Assembly: GCA_963775465.1 (NCBI GenBank)
Contig: CAVZIW010000003.1
Coordinates: 332,205 to 396,204 of the forward strand
Direction of reading: 5' to 3'
Length of the DNA: 64,000 nt
Source of the DNA: Candidatus Bathyarchaeota archaeon
Lineage (GTDB): Archaea; Thermoproteota; Bathyarchaeia; Bathyarchaeales; Bathycorpusculaceae
The position numbers and the translations under genes are program-made. Shown here piece by piece: positions 19,496 through 29,180 of the stretch. Positions within the stretch are counted from its first letter, which is position 1. Each line of letters starts with the position of its first letter. A model generated the notes under the pieces. That model searched no databases. It saw only the letters and a program-made list of their open reading frames with translations, and had not been told where the DNA came from.

Positions 19496-21907
19496 TTGAT
19501 TAATAGGTTACCAGTCGAGAAGTTGAGGAATGTCTGTGACCCCAGTTTTATGCATTGTGAATCAACAAAAGACCTGATTCCGATTAGCGAAATAATCGGT
19601 CAAGAACGAGCAGTTCGGGCCCTGAAATTCGGACTCGGTATCAAGGACCACGGTTTTAACGTTTATGTTGCAGGTTACCCTGGAACAGGCAGAAAAACCG
19701 CCGTGAAAAGCTTTGTGGAAGCTCAAGCTAATACACAACCAGTTCCGCCAGATTGGTGTTACGTTAACAATTTTAATAACCAGTATGAACCAAAAGCCCT
19801 CAAGTTGCCGCCGGGAAAGGGCAAAGTTTTCGAAGAGGATATGAAAAATTTTATAGAGAACGTGCGTAATGCGCTTCCGAAAGCTTTTGAGAGTGATGAT
19901 TATGCCGCAAAAAGAGAAGCAACAATTCGAGGATTAGAAAACCAACGTAAACAACTAATTGAAGAATTAAACACGAAAGCGCGAAGTGAAGGTTTTGTAA
20001 TTCAAACAACACCCATAGGGTTGGTGCTTATTCCGATTTTAGACGGCAAACCCCTCAGTGAAGAAGAGATTTTGGCTTTGCCTCAGAATTCCAAGGATAA
20101 ATTAGTTGAGAAACGGGAAAAGTTGGAAGTGGAATTCAGAAGCGCAATGCGACAACTAATCGACATGGAACGAAAAATCCATGACTCGCTCAAACAACTC
20201 AACAAAGAAGTCGCACTATATGTTATTGGGAGCCAAGTAGAGAGCTTAATCGAAAAGTACAGAGCAACCTCTGAAGTCACTAGTTACCTTGAAGAGGTTG
20301 AAAATGACATCTTGGATAACTTGCCACAGTTTGTCCAGCGAGGAGGATCAGAACAAAAACTATCTTTTTCAATGCCGTGGATGAGAGAAGATCCGTACAA
20401 GAAATATCGAGTAAACGTAGTCATCGACAACTCTGCCACTAAAGGCGCACCAGTAGTCATGGAAACCAATCCCACTTACCATAACCTTTTAGGCAGAACA
20501 GAAAAAGAAGCCCAATTTGGGGCACTAACTACAGATTTTAGCATGATACGCCCAGGCGCAATCCACCGAGCCAATGGTGGATATCTAATAATACCCGTAG
20601 AAGAATTGCTGCGCAACATGTTATCATACGATGGTTTGAAACGAGATCTGAAAGACTCAAAGATACTAATTGAGGAACCAGAAGAACGCTATGGATTTCT
20701 GAGTATTAAAACCCTCAAACCCCAACCTATCTCATTAACTACCAAAGTAATTCTCATCGGTTCCCCCGAATTGTACCAGCTGCTTTTCACAATGGATGCG
20801 GATTTTCAAGTGCTCTTTAAAATAAAAGCAGAATTTGACTCAACTATGCCAAGAACAGAAGAAAAAGTACGACAATATGCCGCTTTTGTTTGTTCACTAT
20901 GTGAAAAAGAGAGTCTAAAACACCTTGATGGTACAGCACTGGCAAAAGTAGTTGAGTATAGTTCAAGAATAATCGAAGACCAATACAAACTGTCAACACA
21001 ATTCAATAACATAGCCGACATAATCAGAGAGTCCAATTACTACACCACGCAAGAGGAAGCCGAATTTATAACAGGAAACCATGTAAGAAAAGCTATCGAA
21101 GAAAAATTGTACCGCTCCAGACTCGTACAAGAAAAAATCCAAGAAATGATAACCCGTGGATTATTCCTTATAGACACTGTCGAAGAAAAGGTTGGGCAAG
21201 TAAATGGCCTCTCTGTAATGGGGTTAGGTGATTTTGCTTTCGGAACCCCTTCACGTGTTACCGCGAGCATTGGCTTAGGCAGAGAAGGCGTAATTGACAT
21301 AGAACGGGAAGCAAAAATGGGAGGACCAATCCACACTAAAGGAGTACTAATCTTGAGCGGGTACCTCAACGATAAATATGCCCGTGATAACCCTTTGAGT
21401 CTGTCTGCTAGACTAGTTTTTGAGCAGAATTACGGAGGTGTAGAAGGCGATAGTGCATCCAGCACCGAACTCTATAGTATTCTTTCTTCACTTTCGGGAT
21501 TACCGATTAAGCAGTACTTTGCAGTTACGGGTTCGGTGAATCAAAAAGGAGAAGTGCAAGCTATTGGTGGCGTTAACGAAAAAATCGAAGGTTTCTTTGA
21601 AGTATGCAAAGCCAGAGGTCTAACTGGGCAGCAAGCTGTTATGATTCCTGAAAGCAATGTCCAGAACTTGATGCTTAAAGAAGAAATTCTAGATGCAGTT
21701 AAAGCAGGCAAATTTAGTATTTACTCAGTTAAAACAATCGACGAAGGCATCGAAGTCCTTACAAATACCAAAGCTGGAACGCGCAAACCAGACGGAACCT
21801 ATGAAGAAGGGACAGTCAACTACCTAGTGGACAAGCAACTGCGCGGAATGGCAGAGAAACTAAAAGAGTACCCTGTTAATAGAACAGCAAGGAAAAAAAC
21901 AGAATAA
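19496..21907 (+). CDS. Soluble Lon-like S16 protease (LonC/AAA_32 type)
   Basis: IIGQERA, DWCYVNNF, ANGGYL, GPIHTKG, EGDSAS, TGSVNQ, IGGVNEKIEGF; no TM insert. Confidence 0.92.
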   Translation: MINRLPVEKLRNVCDPSFMHCESTKDLIPISEIIGQERAVRALKFGLGIKDHGFNVYVAGYPGTGRKTAVKSFVEAQANTQPVPPDWCYVNNFNNQYEPKALKLPPGKGKVFEEDMKNFIENVRNALPKAFESDDYAAKREATIRGLENQRKQLIEELNTKARSEGFVIQTTPIGLVLIPILDGKPLSEEEILALPQNSKDKLVEKREKLEVEFRSAMRQLIDMERKIHDSLKQLNKEVALYVIGSQVESLIEKYRATSEVTSYLEEVENDILDNLPQFVQRGGSEQKLSFSMPWMREDPYKKYRVNVVIDNSATKGAPVVMETNPTYHNLLGRTEKEAQFGALTTDFSMIRPGAIHRANGGYLIIPVEELLRNMLSYDGLKRDLKDSKILIEEPEERYGFLSIKTLKPQPISLTTKVILIGSPELYQLLFTMDADFQVLFKIKAEFDSTMPRTEEKVRQYAAFVCSLCEKESLKHLDGTALAKVVEYSSRIIEDQYKLSTQFNNIADIIRESNYYTTQEEAEFITGNHVRKAIEEKLYRSRLVQEKIQEMITRGLFLIDTVEEKVGQVNGLSVMGLGDFAFGTPSRVTASIGLGREGVIDIEREAKMGGPIHTKGVLILSGYLNDKYARDNPLSLSARLVFEQNYGGVEGDSASSTELYSILSSLSGLPIKQYFAVTGSVNQKGEVQAIGGVNEKIEGFFEVCKARGLTGQQAVMIPESNVQNLMLKEEILDAVKAGKFSIYSVKTIDEGIEVLTNTKAGTRKPDGTYEEGTVNYLVDKQLRGMAEKLKEYPVNRTARKKTE

Positions 21908-22035
21908 TTACACCTTTTTTATTTTTATAAGAGCACAAATTCAGATTTGTTGTTGCCTCTATACAACCACAATTTCATTAATACTCGTTTGAGGCTTGTA
22001 GTTTGTGAGAAATATCATCTAAGAGAAACCCCCAA

Positions 22036-22142
22036 GCTTGGCGGGTCAAAGTTAAACAAGTCGCGGATCTGTAAAATCCCTGAGAAGAATTAGGGTGCTA
22101 TTTTTGATTCGTGCTTTGATTTAACGAGTTGATCTGCCAAGC
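22036..22142 (+). ncRNA. Candidate structured ncRNA (long interrupted hairpin)
   Basis: Five stacked helices, six G-U pairs that work only on the + strand, upstream TATA-like TTCATTAATA, downstream T-run. Confidence 0.6.
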
Positions 22143-22232
22143 CTGCTTTTAGTTCAGTTTCGATTGTGTTTAGTTGGATTCTTATATAGAATTTATTAAG
22201 GTTAACTGCAATGCTACCATTCGTGAGTCACC

Positions 22233-22592
22233 TTGAGCTATAAACAACATATGCACCCTAAAGTGAGTAAAGCAGAAATTGAAGTTTTCAAAGCGCTAAG
22301 CATGGCTGGACTAACCACTGGTATGATTACTCAAAAACCAATAATTTTAAAATCAACTATACCTGACTTCTGCTGGACAGAAAAACGTAAGATAATCTAC
22401 ATAGACGGCATACCCGTCCACTCTAAAGATAAACAGTTGGAAAAAGATGAAGAAATCGACAACCTCTTGACGGCACAAGGTTGGGATGTGCTTAGAATTC
22501 CGTATGATCCACCTTTAACTGAGAAAACTTTGCAGAAAATTATGTTAACGATAAAACGTTTTCTCAATGTAGATGAGGAAGACATAACCTGA
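22233..22592 (+). CDS. DUF559 / Vsr-like endonuclease domain protein
   Basis: SKAE, PDF, IDG..VH, D...D..L...GWDVLRI. Confidence 0.8.
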   Translation: MSYKQHMHPKVSKAEIEVFKALSMAGLTTGMITQKPIILKSTIPDFCWTEKRKIIYIDGIPVHSKDKQLEKDEEIDNLLTAQGWDVLRIPYDPPLTEKTLQKIMLTIKRFLNVDEEDIT

Positions 22593-22883
22593 CGTCTAAC
22601 CATTTATTTTGCTCAGCAACTTTCATTATTCACCACTATATTGAATCAATGTGATTTTTGGCAGTAAAAAACGCAAGTTTCATTTAAACAAACTGATTCT
22701 GTATGCAGATGGACTAAACCTCATTTGAAAAGTGGTTTACATAGTTTTTGAGTCATCGGTCTTGGCAAAGGCGGAGTTGAGCAACAGGTGTAATATTCAT
22801 AAAATATTAAAAAAAAATTAGAAAAGGAGTGGAGGATTTTTTCTTGCTTGATATTTCTTTTTAGCAGTGTTTTTATTTGTCGA

Positions 22884-24011
22884 TTAGGCTCTGGAGAATT
22901 TCACCCAAGAATCAATTTCTTCAACTGTTGGTCTATCGTCTATTGTGACTTTTTCTTTTGCAAGATTTACCTTAAAGACTGCATTTATTTTTTGGGCAAG
23001 ATCTATCGAATCTTGTTGGGCGAGGCTTTTTCGATCTGTGATGTTGAGTTCTTCCAAAAGCAAAAGATCCTTCTCTTTCAGGCCTGGAATCATTGAGAGT
23101 TGTGCTCGTCCCTGCAACTTTTCAACAGTTTTATCAGAAGAACCCATTTTTTCCGCGATGACTTGGGGATCTGCCATGATTAGATCTCCCGCGCTTTCTA
23201 TTCCAATCTCCCTGAGTTCAGTGGCTTTGTTGGGCCCTATCCCTTTTACATCTTCTACATTACTTTGGCTTGTGAGCATCGACTGAGGGCAAATCAACGA
23301 ACTTTCCAATTTTTCCAGTTTTAGCTTGATCTCTTCGATTTCTTTGTTTTGCTTAGTTATGGAATTTCCTGTTTTTTCTTCCCTTGACTCAAGTTTAGCT
23401 AAAGAATTCTTGAATTCAGTTAATTGCGGTCGTACATTGTCAGTCAAATTAGCACCTATGCTTTGAATTAATGTGGCTTGTTCACCAAGTGTCTTTTTTA
23501 AGGCGTCTACGTGTTTATCGACAAGCAATACTCGTCCTTGCACGCCGTCTAACATCTTCTGTTGGCTCTGGTCACTAGCTTCCACGCTCTGCTTAATTGC
23601 ATCTCCCTGGTTATTGAGTTCTTTTGAAAGTTTACTTGATGTGCGGTCAATGTTTTCATCAACCATTGAAACTTTGTTTTGAACGTCTTCTAACGTGTTT
23701 CGTTGGGTCTCTTGACTGTCCTGTAACTGATCTGTTTTTGCATTAAGTGCCAGAATTTCATCTGCAACAGATAAATCACTAACTAGTTTATGCGAAGTAG
23801 CTCCCAGAAAAGCCAGCGTTGCGATAATGGAAATTATCATGTAAACATAAATTGGAATTGCTCCAGTTAAGTCTCCAACTAAATAAGGCGTAAAAGTTGC
23901 TGTCGGTCCCGAATTGAACCACATTATTGTTGCATTAATTACGTTTGCTGCTGCTAAGAAAGAAAAAAAGCCCAGCACCCATATTGCTATACCTTTCAAT
24001 GTCATAATCAC
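22884..24011 (-). CDS. Membrane-anchored coiled-coil protein with C-terminal helix-hairpin-helix (DUF4332-like) domains
   Basis: Two N-terminal TMs, heptad-rich middle, VKGIGP and IPGL HhH motifs, RPTVEEIDSWV. Confidence 0.75.
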   Translation of the reverse strand: MIMTLKGIAIWVLGFFSFLAAANVINATIMWFNSGPTATFTPYLVGDLTGAIPIYVYMIISIIATLAFLGATSHKLVSDLSVADEILALNAKTDQLQDSQETQRNTLEDVQNKVSMVDENIDRTSSKLSKELNNQGDAIKQSVEASDQSQQKMLDGVQGRVLLVDKHVDALKKTLGEQATLIQSIGANLTDNVRPQLTEFKNSLAKLESREEKTGNSITKQNKEIEEIKLKLEKLESSLICPQSMLTSQSNVEDVKGIGPNKATELREIGIESAGDLIMADPQVIAEKMGSSDKTVEKLQGRAQLSMIPGLKEKDLLLLEELNITDRKSLAQQDSIDLAQKINAVFKVNLAKEKVTIDDRPTVEEIDSWVKFSRA

Positions 24012-24171
24012 CTGAATGTTGCTTCTATCTCCTATAGGATGAGTTCGTATTATAAGATTTTCCCATTTTGTTCGTTAAAATTTTCGAGGCAGGCGTCTTT
24101 TTTTAGCACAAAAATTGCTAGACTCTATTATTTTTTATTTCTTCTGTAAGAGCGATGGTATTTGATGATCA

Positions 24172-24642
24172 TTATGGTGATTTCAATCCCATCTTTTCAG
24201 TTACTTCAAGTTTTATTATGAGAATTTCTTGTTTTTCTGAAAATTTTTCCCATTCTGATCCCTTTGAAAAGCCATGAGCAACAAGAAAGTTTGAGGAAAG
24301 TTTGCTTTTGCCTACCTCTGCCATTTTCTGTATAGCTGTTTTTCTTTCCTCCGGGTTTTTTACTGGTTTAAGCTTTCCAGTCAGGACCACAAAAGCGTAT
24401 TCGCTAAGATCCTGGGTGTATCTTTCGATTTCCACTGAAACAGGAGTACCTTGCTCAAGAAAATTCATTTTCTTGCCGTATTGGGTGAAATGCAAGTAGA
24501 TTGTCCCTTCAATAACTGCGTATTGGAAGGGTGCGATGTAGGGGTATTTATTTCCTTTAAAAGCTACTCTGCACAAAAATTGTTGACTTATTAGTTCTTC
24601 TATTTCTTGTTCTTGCATTTTGGGCATCTTGACTGTTTCCAT
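24172..24642 (-). CDS. Pyridoxamine 5'-phosphate oxidase / NimA-like flavin-binding protein
   Basis: CRVAF..YPYIAP.Y...IYLH..GKK...VSVEI, G.KS C-terminus. Confidence 0.85.
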   Translation of the reverse strand: METVKMPKMQEQEIEELISQQFLCRVAFKGNKYPYIAPFQYAVIEGTIYLHFTQYGKKMNFLEQGTPVSVEIERYTQDLSEYAFVVLTGKLKPVKNPEERKTAIQKMAEVGKSKLSSNFLVAHGFSKGSEWEKFSEKQEILIIKLEVTEKMGLKSP

Positions 24643-24715
24643 AATGGATCCCTCAATCTGTTGATTGTACTTATTCTATCTGTTTTTATTTGTTTTTTGC
24701 CTATTTACGTTTCTG

Positions 24716-25699
24716 CTATTTCCAGTATTCTTTTGCCATAAATTCGGCACTAAAGCTGTCAAGATCGCCTAATTCTTCTGGGTATGGCTCGAGAAATGTT
24801 TGGTTAGCAAGATAATCGTTTTTGAATCTTATTATCCACGACTTGAGGATATTTATGTTTGCACTTAGTGGTAGTCTTCCTTCTTTGTATTTTTCTAAAG
24901 ATTTGATGAAGAAGGATTTTTCTTCTTTTGAGAGTTGATTTGAGAAATAGCCCATAATCTTTAACATGACGTTTATGTTTGATCCAGCGGTTGGAATTCG
25001 TGCAAAAGCTCTGCAAAGGCTTCTTTCAAAGGAATTGAAGATCTCATTAGTTGGTTTTTGTTCTTGGTTAGCAGCTATTTTTCCCATTATCCTGAGTTCT
25101 ATTTGACTATGAGCTGTAAACAAATACTTGTTTTGAGATTGAAATTGGACGAGTTCTCTTATTTTTCCTGATTTTTTTATTTCTCTAAAACTTGTAAAAG
25201 TGAATAGTTTTGTTAGGAAATGTTCCTTTATTCTTGGATTAAGAAGTCGACGTTCGTCTTCAATTGCTAAACAAGGAAACTTTTCAAGCACTGCTTTTCC
25301 AAAGAATCCGGGTCCTTTTCCTATTGAAGCTGAGTTCTCAAGTTTAGGATAAATCTTGACGTTTTTAAATCCACTACTGGGAGAACCGCTTTTTAGTATA
25401 AAGCCATCTACTTCTTTTAATGAGATTAAGAATGATTGTGCAAATCCATTCATTTTTTCAGTGAAGTCAAGACCTGTTGATGGTTGCATAAGCCTGTTTT
25501 CGCCATTTACTAGCACAATGCGTATTGGCTTGCGGGGTACGCTAAATCCTATTTCCACCTCAGGACATATTGGAATAAAATTTACGTGGGGTTTTAGTTT
25601 TTCTACAAAATCGCTTGAAATTATTGTGCCATCCCATCTAACTGGTGAAAAGGTAATGCATTTGGAGACTACTACTGTGGGTTTGGAAAATTTCCTCAA
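24716..25699 (-). CDS. DUF523 + DUF1722 (YbgA; TudS/RudS-like) protein
   Basis: VSKC..VRWDG, CPEVEIG, LKS.SPSSG, KY.FTAHS, GYFS, YLANQTFLEPYP. Confidence 0.88.
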   Translation of the reverse strand: MRKFSKPTVVVSKCITFSPVRWDGTIISSDFVEKLKPHVNFIPICPEVEIGFSVPRKPIRIVLVNGENRLMQPSTGLDFTEKMNGFAQSFLISLKEVDGFILKSGSPSSGFKNVKIYPKLENSASIGKGPGFFGKAVLEKFPCLAIEDERRLLNPRIKEHFLTKLFTFTSFREIKKSGKIRELVQFQSQNKYLFTAHSQIELRIMGKIAANQEQKPTNEIFNSFERSLCRAFARIPTAGSNINVMLKIMGYFSNQLSKEEKSFFIKSLEKYKEGRLPLSANINILKSWIIRFKNDYLANQTFLEPYPEELGDLDSFSAEFMAKEYWK

Positions 25700-25836
25700 T
25701 GAAGAACCTCCTTTTCTGTAGCCTTAATACTAGTTAATTAATACATTTCATAAGTTTTTGCATTACAGAAAGACTATCAAAATTGCCTAATAGCGGATAT
25801 TAATCGAAATAGTTTTACGAATAAATTTTAATAAAT

Positions 25837-25950
25837 TGGCGCCGGGAGGGGGATTTGAACCCCCGCGGCCCCGAGAGGCCACAAGCTAACAGGTACACCC
25901 TGAAGAGTGAATCTCCAGGCTTGCTCCCTGCCTGGCTAGGAGACCCCGGC
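25837..25950 (-). tRNA. tRNA-Ser(GGA) with 25-nt intron at 37/38 (25888-25912), encoded CCA
   Basis: GCCGGGG/TCCCGGC acceptor, CAAGC-CTGGAG^A-GCTTG anticodon arm, long variable arm, TTCAAAT T-loop. Confidence 0.93.
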
Positions 25951-26249
25951 AATTTAAAACCACCACTTAAAGGATGATTTGCACCTTTTCTCTGAGTTAG
26001 GCACAATTTAAAGCTTTATCGAAAAGCATGATTTTCGCGTTTGCTTTAGAGAATTTGGTTATTTTTGTTTGAATTGGTTAAGTTTCCATCAATCTTAACA
26101 TTAAAGAAAACGCCAGAACGCCATAAATTGAAGGGGCTCCGACAAAAAGACAGAATGTAAAGGCTCTCCATGGTTTAAATCAAGGATTTAGGGTTCCGAA
26201 ACCTAAAATAAGTGCGTGACAAAAGTATAGCCATTTGAGGTTTAACCTA

Positions 26250-27506
26250 TTGTCATCAATCATCGAGGACCTCATTGCCCGAAAGATTTTCAATAACCGT
26301 GGAGAAGAAACAATAGAGGTCGACGTTATAACTACTGCTGGTTTTGGACGCTCGGGGGCACCAGCAGGCAAAAGTCGAGGAAAAGCTGAAGTGGTCTATT
26401 ACCCTCAAGGCGGCGTAGATGCAGCCGTAAAGAAAATCGACGACTTAATTGCCCCCGAACTCGCTGGACTAAACGCTGATTTTCAGGAAGAAATCGATAA
26501 CACTCTTCACGAAATTGATGGTACAGCAAACTTCAAAAACATCGGTGGCAACACTGCATTTGCAATTAGTTTAGCTAACGCAGAGGCTGCAGCCAATTCG
26601 CATGGCTTATTATTATTCCAATTTTTGGGTGGAAACGCCGCAAACACTCTGCCTTTTCCACTTGGCAACTGTATAAGTGGAGGCGCGCATGCACGAGGCG
26701 GCAAGACTCCAAGTATCCAAGAATATTTGGCGCTGCCTCATGGTGCTGAGAGTTTTTTGGAAGCCCAAACTGCTAACACTCAGATTCATAAAAGAATTGA
26801 GTCAGCCCTGAAAAAGAAGAGTACTACTTTTACAGGCGGTAAAAGTGATGAGGGTGCATGGATTGCTAACATTGACACCGATGATGCTTTCGATGTTATT
26901 GCCAAAGCCTGTGAAGAAGTCGGTAATCAGATGGATTTTGAATGTGGGTTTGGCATTGATGTTGCGGCCTCATCGTTTTGGAAGCCTAAAGAAGAAAAAT
27001 ACGTCTATGAAATGGAAGGTAAAAAACGTGACACTGCCGAACAGCTCGAGTACATGTTGGAGCTTATCGAAAAGTATCATTTGACATATGTTGAGGATCC
27101 GTTTGCGGAAGATGATTTTGAAAGTTTTGCTGAATTAACAAAGAAAGCAAGGAATTGCATGATTTGCGGAGACGATTTATTCACAACCAATACTGAAAGG
27201 TTAAATAATGGATTAAAGATTAACGCTGGAAACGCTATCATCATAAAAGTCAACCAGATAGGCACCTTAACTGATGCGGTTGAAACAATTGAGTTAGCGC
27301 AAAGACACGGTTACGATGCTGTAGTTTCCCACCGCTCAGGTGACACATGTGATTGGCACATTGCCCATTTGGCTGTAGCCTACAAATGCCCTGTGATCAA
27401 AACTGGTGTAGTTGAAGGCGCACGTATAGCCAAACTAAACGAACTAATACGAATTGAGCATTTCCTCGGTAACCGCGCCAGAATGGCTGAATTAAAAATG
27501 CGATAA
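26250..27506 (+). CDS. eno: Enolase
   Basis: NNRGEETIEV, GGAHA, SDEG, GIDVAAS, EDPF, GDDLF, IKVNQIGT, SHRSGDT. Confidence 0.96.
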   Translation: MSSIIEDLIARKIFNNRGEETIEVDVITTAGFGRSGAPAGKSRGKAEVVYYPQGGVDAAVKKIDDLIAPELAGLNADFQEEIDNTLHEIDGTANFKNIGGNTAFAISLANAEAAANSHGLLLFQFLGGNAANTLPFPLGNCISGGAHARGGKTPSIQEYLALPHGAESFLEAQTANTQIHKRIESALKKKSTTFTGGKSDEGAWIANIDTDDAFDVIAKACEEVGNQMDFECGFGIDVAASSFWKPKEEKYVYEMEGKKRDTAEQLEYMLELIEKYHLTYVEDPFAEDDFESFAELTKKARNCMICGDDLFTTNTERLNNGLKINAGNAIIIKVNQIGTLTDAVETIELAQRHGYDAVVSHRSGDTCDWHIAHLAVAYKCPVIKTGVVEGARIAKLNELIRIEHFLGNRARMAELKMR

Positions 27507-28319
27507 GTGAAGATGAACCGTATGTCTGAAGATCAAATAAAAGAAAATCAACCAGTTGAAAACCAACCTGAAGAGCCTGAAGAAGTTATGGAAGAGGCTC
27601 CTCAGGAAGAAGTAGAATCAACTGAAAACGTCGCTACAGACGTTGAAGATGAAGTTGAAGAAATAGAAGAAGAAGTAGTGGAAGTTAGAGAAAGCCAGCC
27701 AGAAGAAACCCTTCTGTTGCCAAGAGACACTTTGTTGTCAGCTGGTATACACATCGGAACTAGGATGAAAACTCTGGACATGGAGCCATTTATCTATCGT
27801 GTCCGACCTGACGGCTTGTTTGTTTTAGACGTTAAAAAAACAGATGAACGAATTCGAACAACAGCTAAATTCCTTTCACGTTATGAACCAGCCAAGGTAG
27901 CGGTTGCAGCTACGAGGCTTTACGCTCATGAACCTATCAGAATGTTCTGCAAATTAACTGGTGCAACGCCTCTGATTGGTAGATTCATTCCAGGACAACT
28001 TAGTAACCCCCAATACAGTAGTCGTATTGATCCAGAAGTTATCGTTGTGACAGATCCTCGTGCAGACGCTCAGGCAGTTAAAGAAGCGAGCAAAGTCGGA
28101 ATACCAATTGTTGCGTTATGCAGCACTGACAACGAATTTGTTGGAGTTGATTTAGTTATCCCGACAAACAATAAGGGTCGCAGAGCTCTCGCAGTTGTAT
28201 TCTGGTTACTCGCACGTCAAATTCTTCGTGAAAGAGGCGAATTAGCGCCTGATCGTGATCCTCCGGCAACAATCGAAGACTTCGAAGCCAAAGTCACACG
28301 TGAAGAGGACGAGGAATAG
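27507..28319 (+). CDS. rps2: 30S ribosomal protein uS2 with acidic N-terminal extension
   Basis: AGIHIGT, RPDGL, GRFIPG, DPRADAQAVKEA, IPTNNKGRRAL. Confidence 0.96.
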   Translation: MKMNRMSEDQIKENQPVENQPEEPEEVMEEAPQEEVESTENVATDVEDEVEEIEEEVVEVRESQPEETLLLPRDTLLSAGIHIGTRMKTLDMEPFIYRVRPDGLFVLDVKKTDERIRTTAKFLSRYEPAKVAVAATRLYAHEPIRMFCKLTGATPLIGRFIPGQLSNPQYSSRIDPEVIVVTDPRADAQAVKEASKVGIPIVALCSTDNEFVGVDLVIPTNNKGRRALAVVFWLLARQILRERGELAPDRDPPATIEDFEAKVTREEDEE

Positions 28320-28326
28320 CTCGAAG

Positions 28327-29178
28327 TTGCCAACGATTCGGCGTCCAACAGTTGCTTCTCAATTTTATGAGAGCGACGCCGAAGCGCTTAAGGCACAAAT
28401 TAGTTCTTGTTTTTTAGACAAAATTGGTCCGCAGAAGCTCCCCAGAGTTAATTTTCATAATCACCCTCGAAATGTCGTGGGGCTGATTTGTCCGCATGCA
28501 GGTTATCTTTATTCTGGTCCCGTGGCGGCGCATGGTTTTTACGAGTTAGCTTTGGATGGGAAGCCTGACTCGGTTGTCCTTTTGGGTCCTAACCATACTG
28601 GTTTAGGCAGCGCCCTGTCAGTTATGAGTGAGGGTATCTGGCGAACGCCTCTTGGTGATGTTGAAGTTGACTCTAAGTTGGCAGATAATATTTTGCACGA
28701 AACTCAAATTGTTGATGTTGACGAAGCAGCTCATCGGTTTGAGCATTCTATCGAAGTTCAGCTGCCCTTTCTTCAGTTTTTGTATGGCAACGCGTTTAAG
28801 ATTGTGCCCATCAGTTTTCTGATGCAAGATTATGAATCAGCAATTGAGGTTGGTAGGGCATTGGTGGAGGCTTTGGATGCAACAAATACAGTTGTTATTG
28901 CTTCTTCTGATATGACTCACTATGAATCCGCTAAGTCAGCTGCGGCTAAGGACCAAGCTGCACTGAAAGCTGTGGTTGATTTGGATGAGAAGCGGTTCTA
29001 TCAAACTATCGAGACCCAAAAAATTACTGCTTGTGGATATGGACCCATAGCCAGTTTGCTCACCTATGTTAAAGGAGTTAACGCCAAAGCTACTTTGCTT
29101 AGCTACCACAATAGCGGTGATGTGACTGGTGATTACTCAAGTGTTGTTGGGTATGCTTCAGTTTGCTTTAGAAAATAG
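28327..29178 (+). CDS. MEMO1 family protein (AmmeMemoRadiSam B)
   Basis: PHAGYLYSG, GPNH, EHSIEVQLPF, ASSDMTHYE, CGYGP; likely TTG 28327. Confidence 0.93.
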   Translation: MPTIRRPTVASQFYESDAEALKAQISSCFLDKIGPQKLPRVNFHNHPRNVVGLICPHAGYLYSGPVAAHGFYELALDGKPDSVVLLGPNHTGLGSALSVMSEGIWRTPLGDVEVDSKLADNILHETQIVDVDEAAHRFEHSIEVQLPFLQFLYGNAFKIVPISFLMQDYESAIEVGRALVEALDATNTVVIASSDMTHYESAKSAAAKDQAALKAVVDLDEKRFYQTIETQKITACGYGPIASLLTYVKGVNAKATLLSYHNSGDVTGDYSSVVGYASVCFRK

Positions 29179-29180
29179 GT

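Noticed and set aside
25815-26006. 63-aa ORF
   Set aside because: Chance frame over tRNA-Ser
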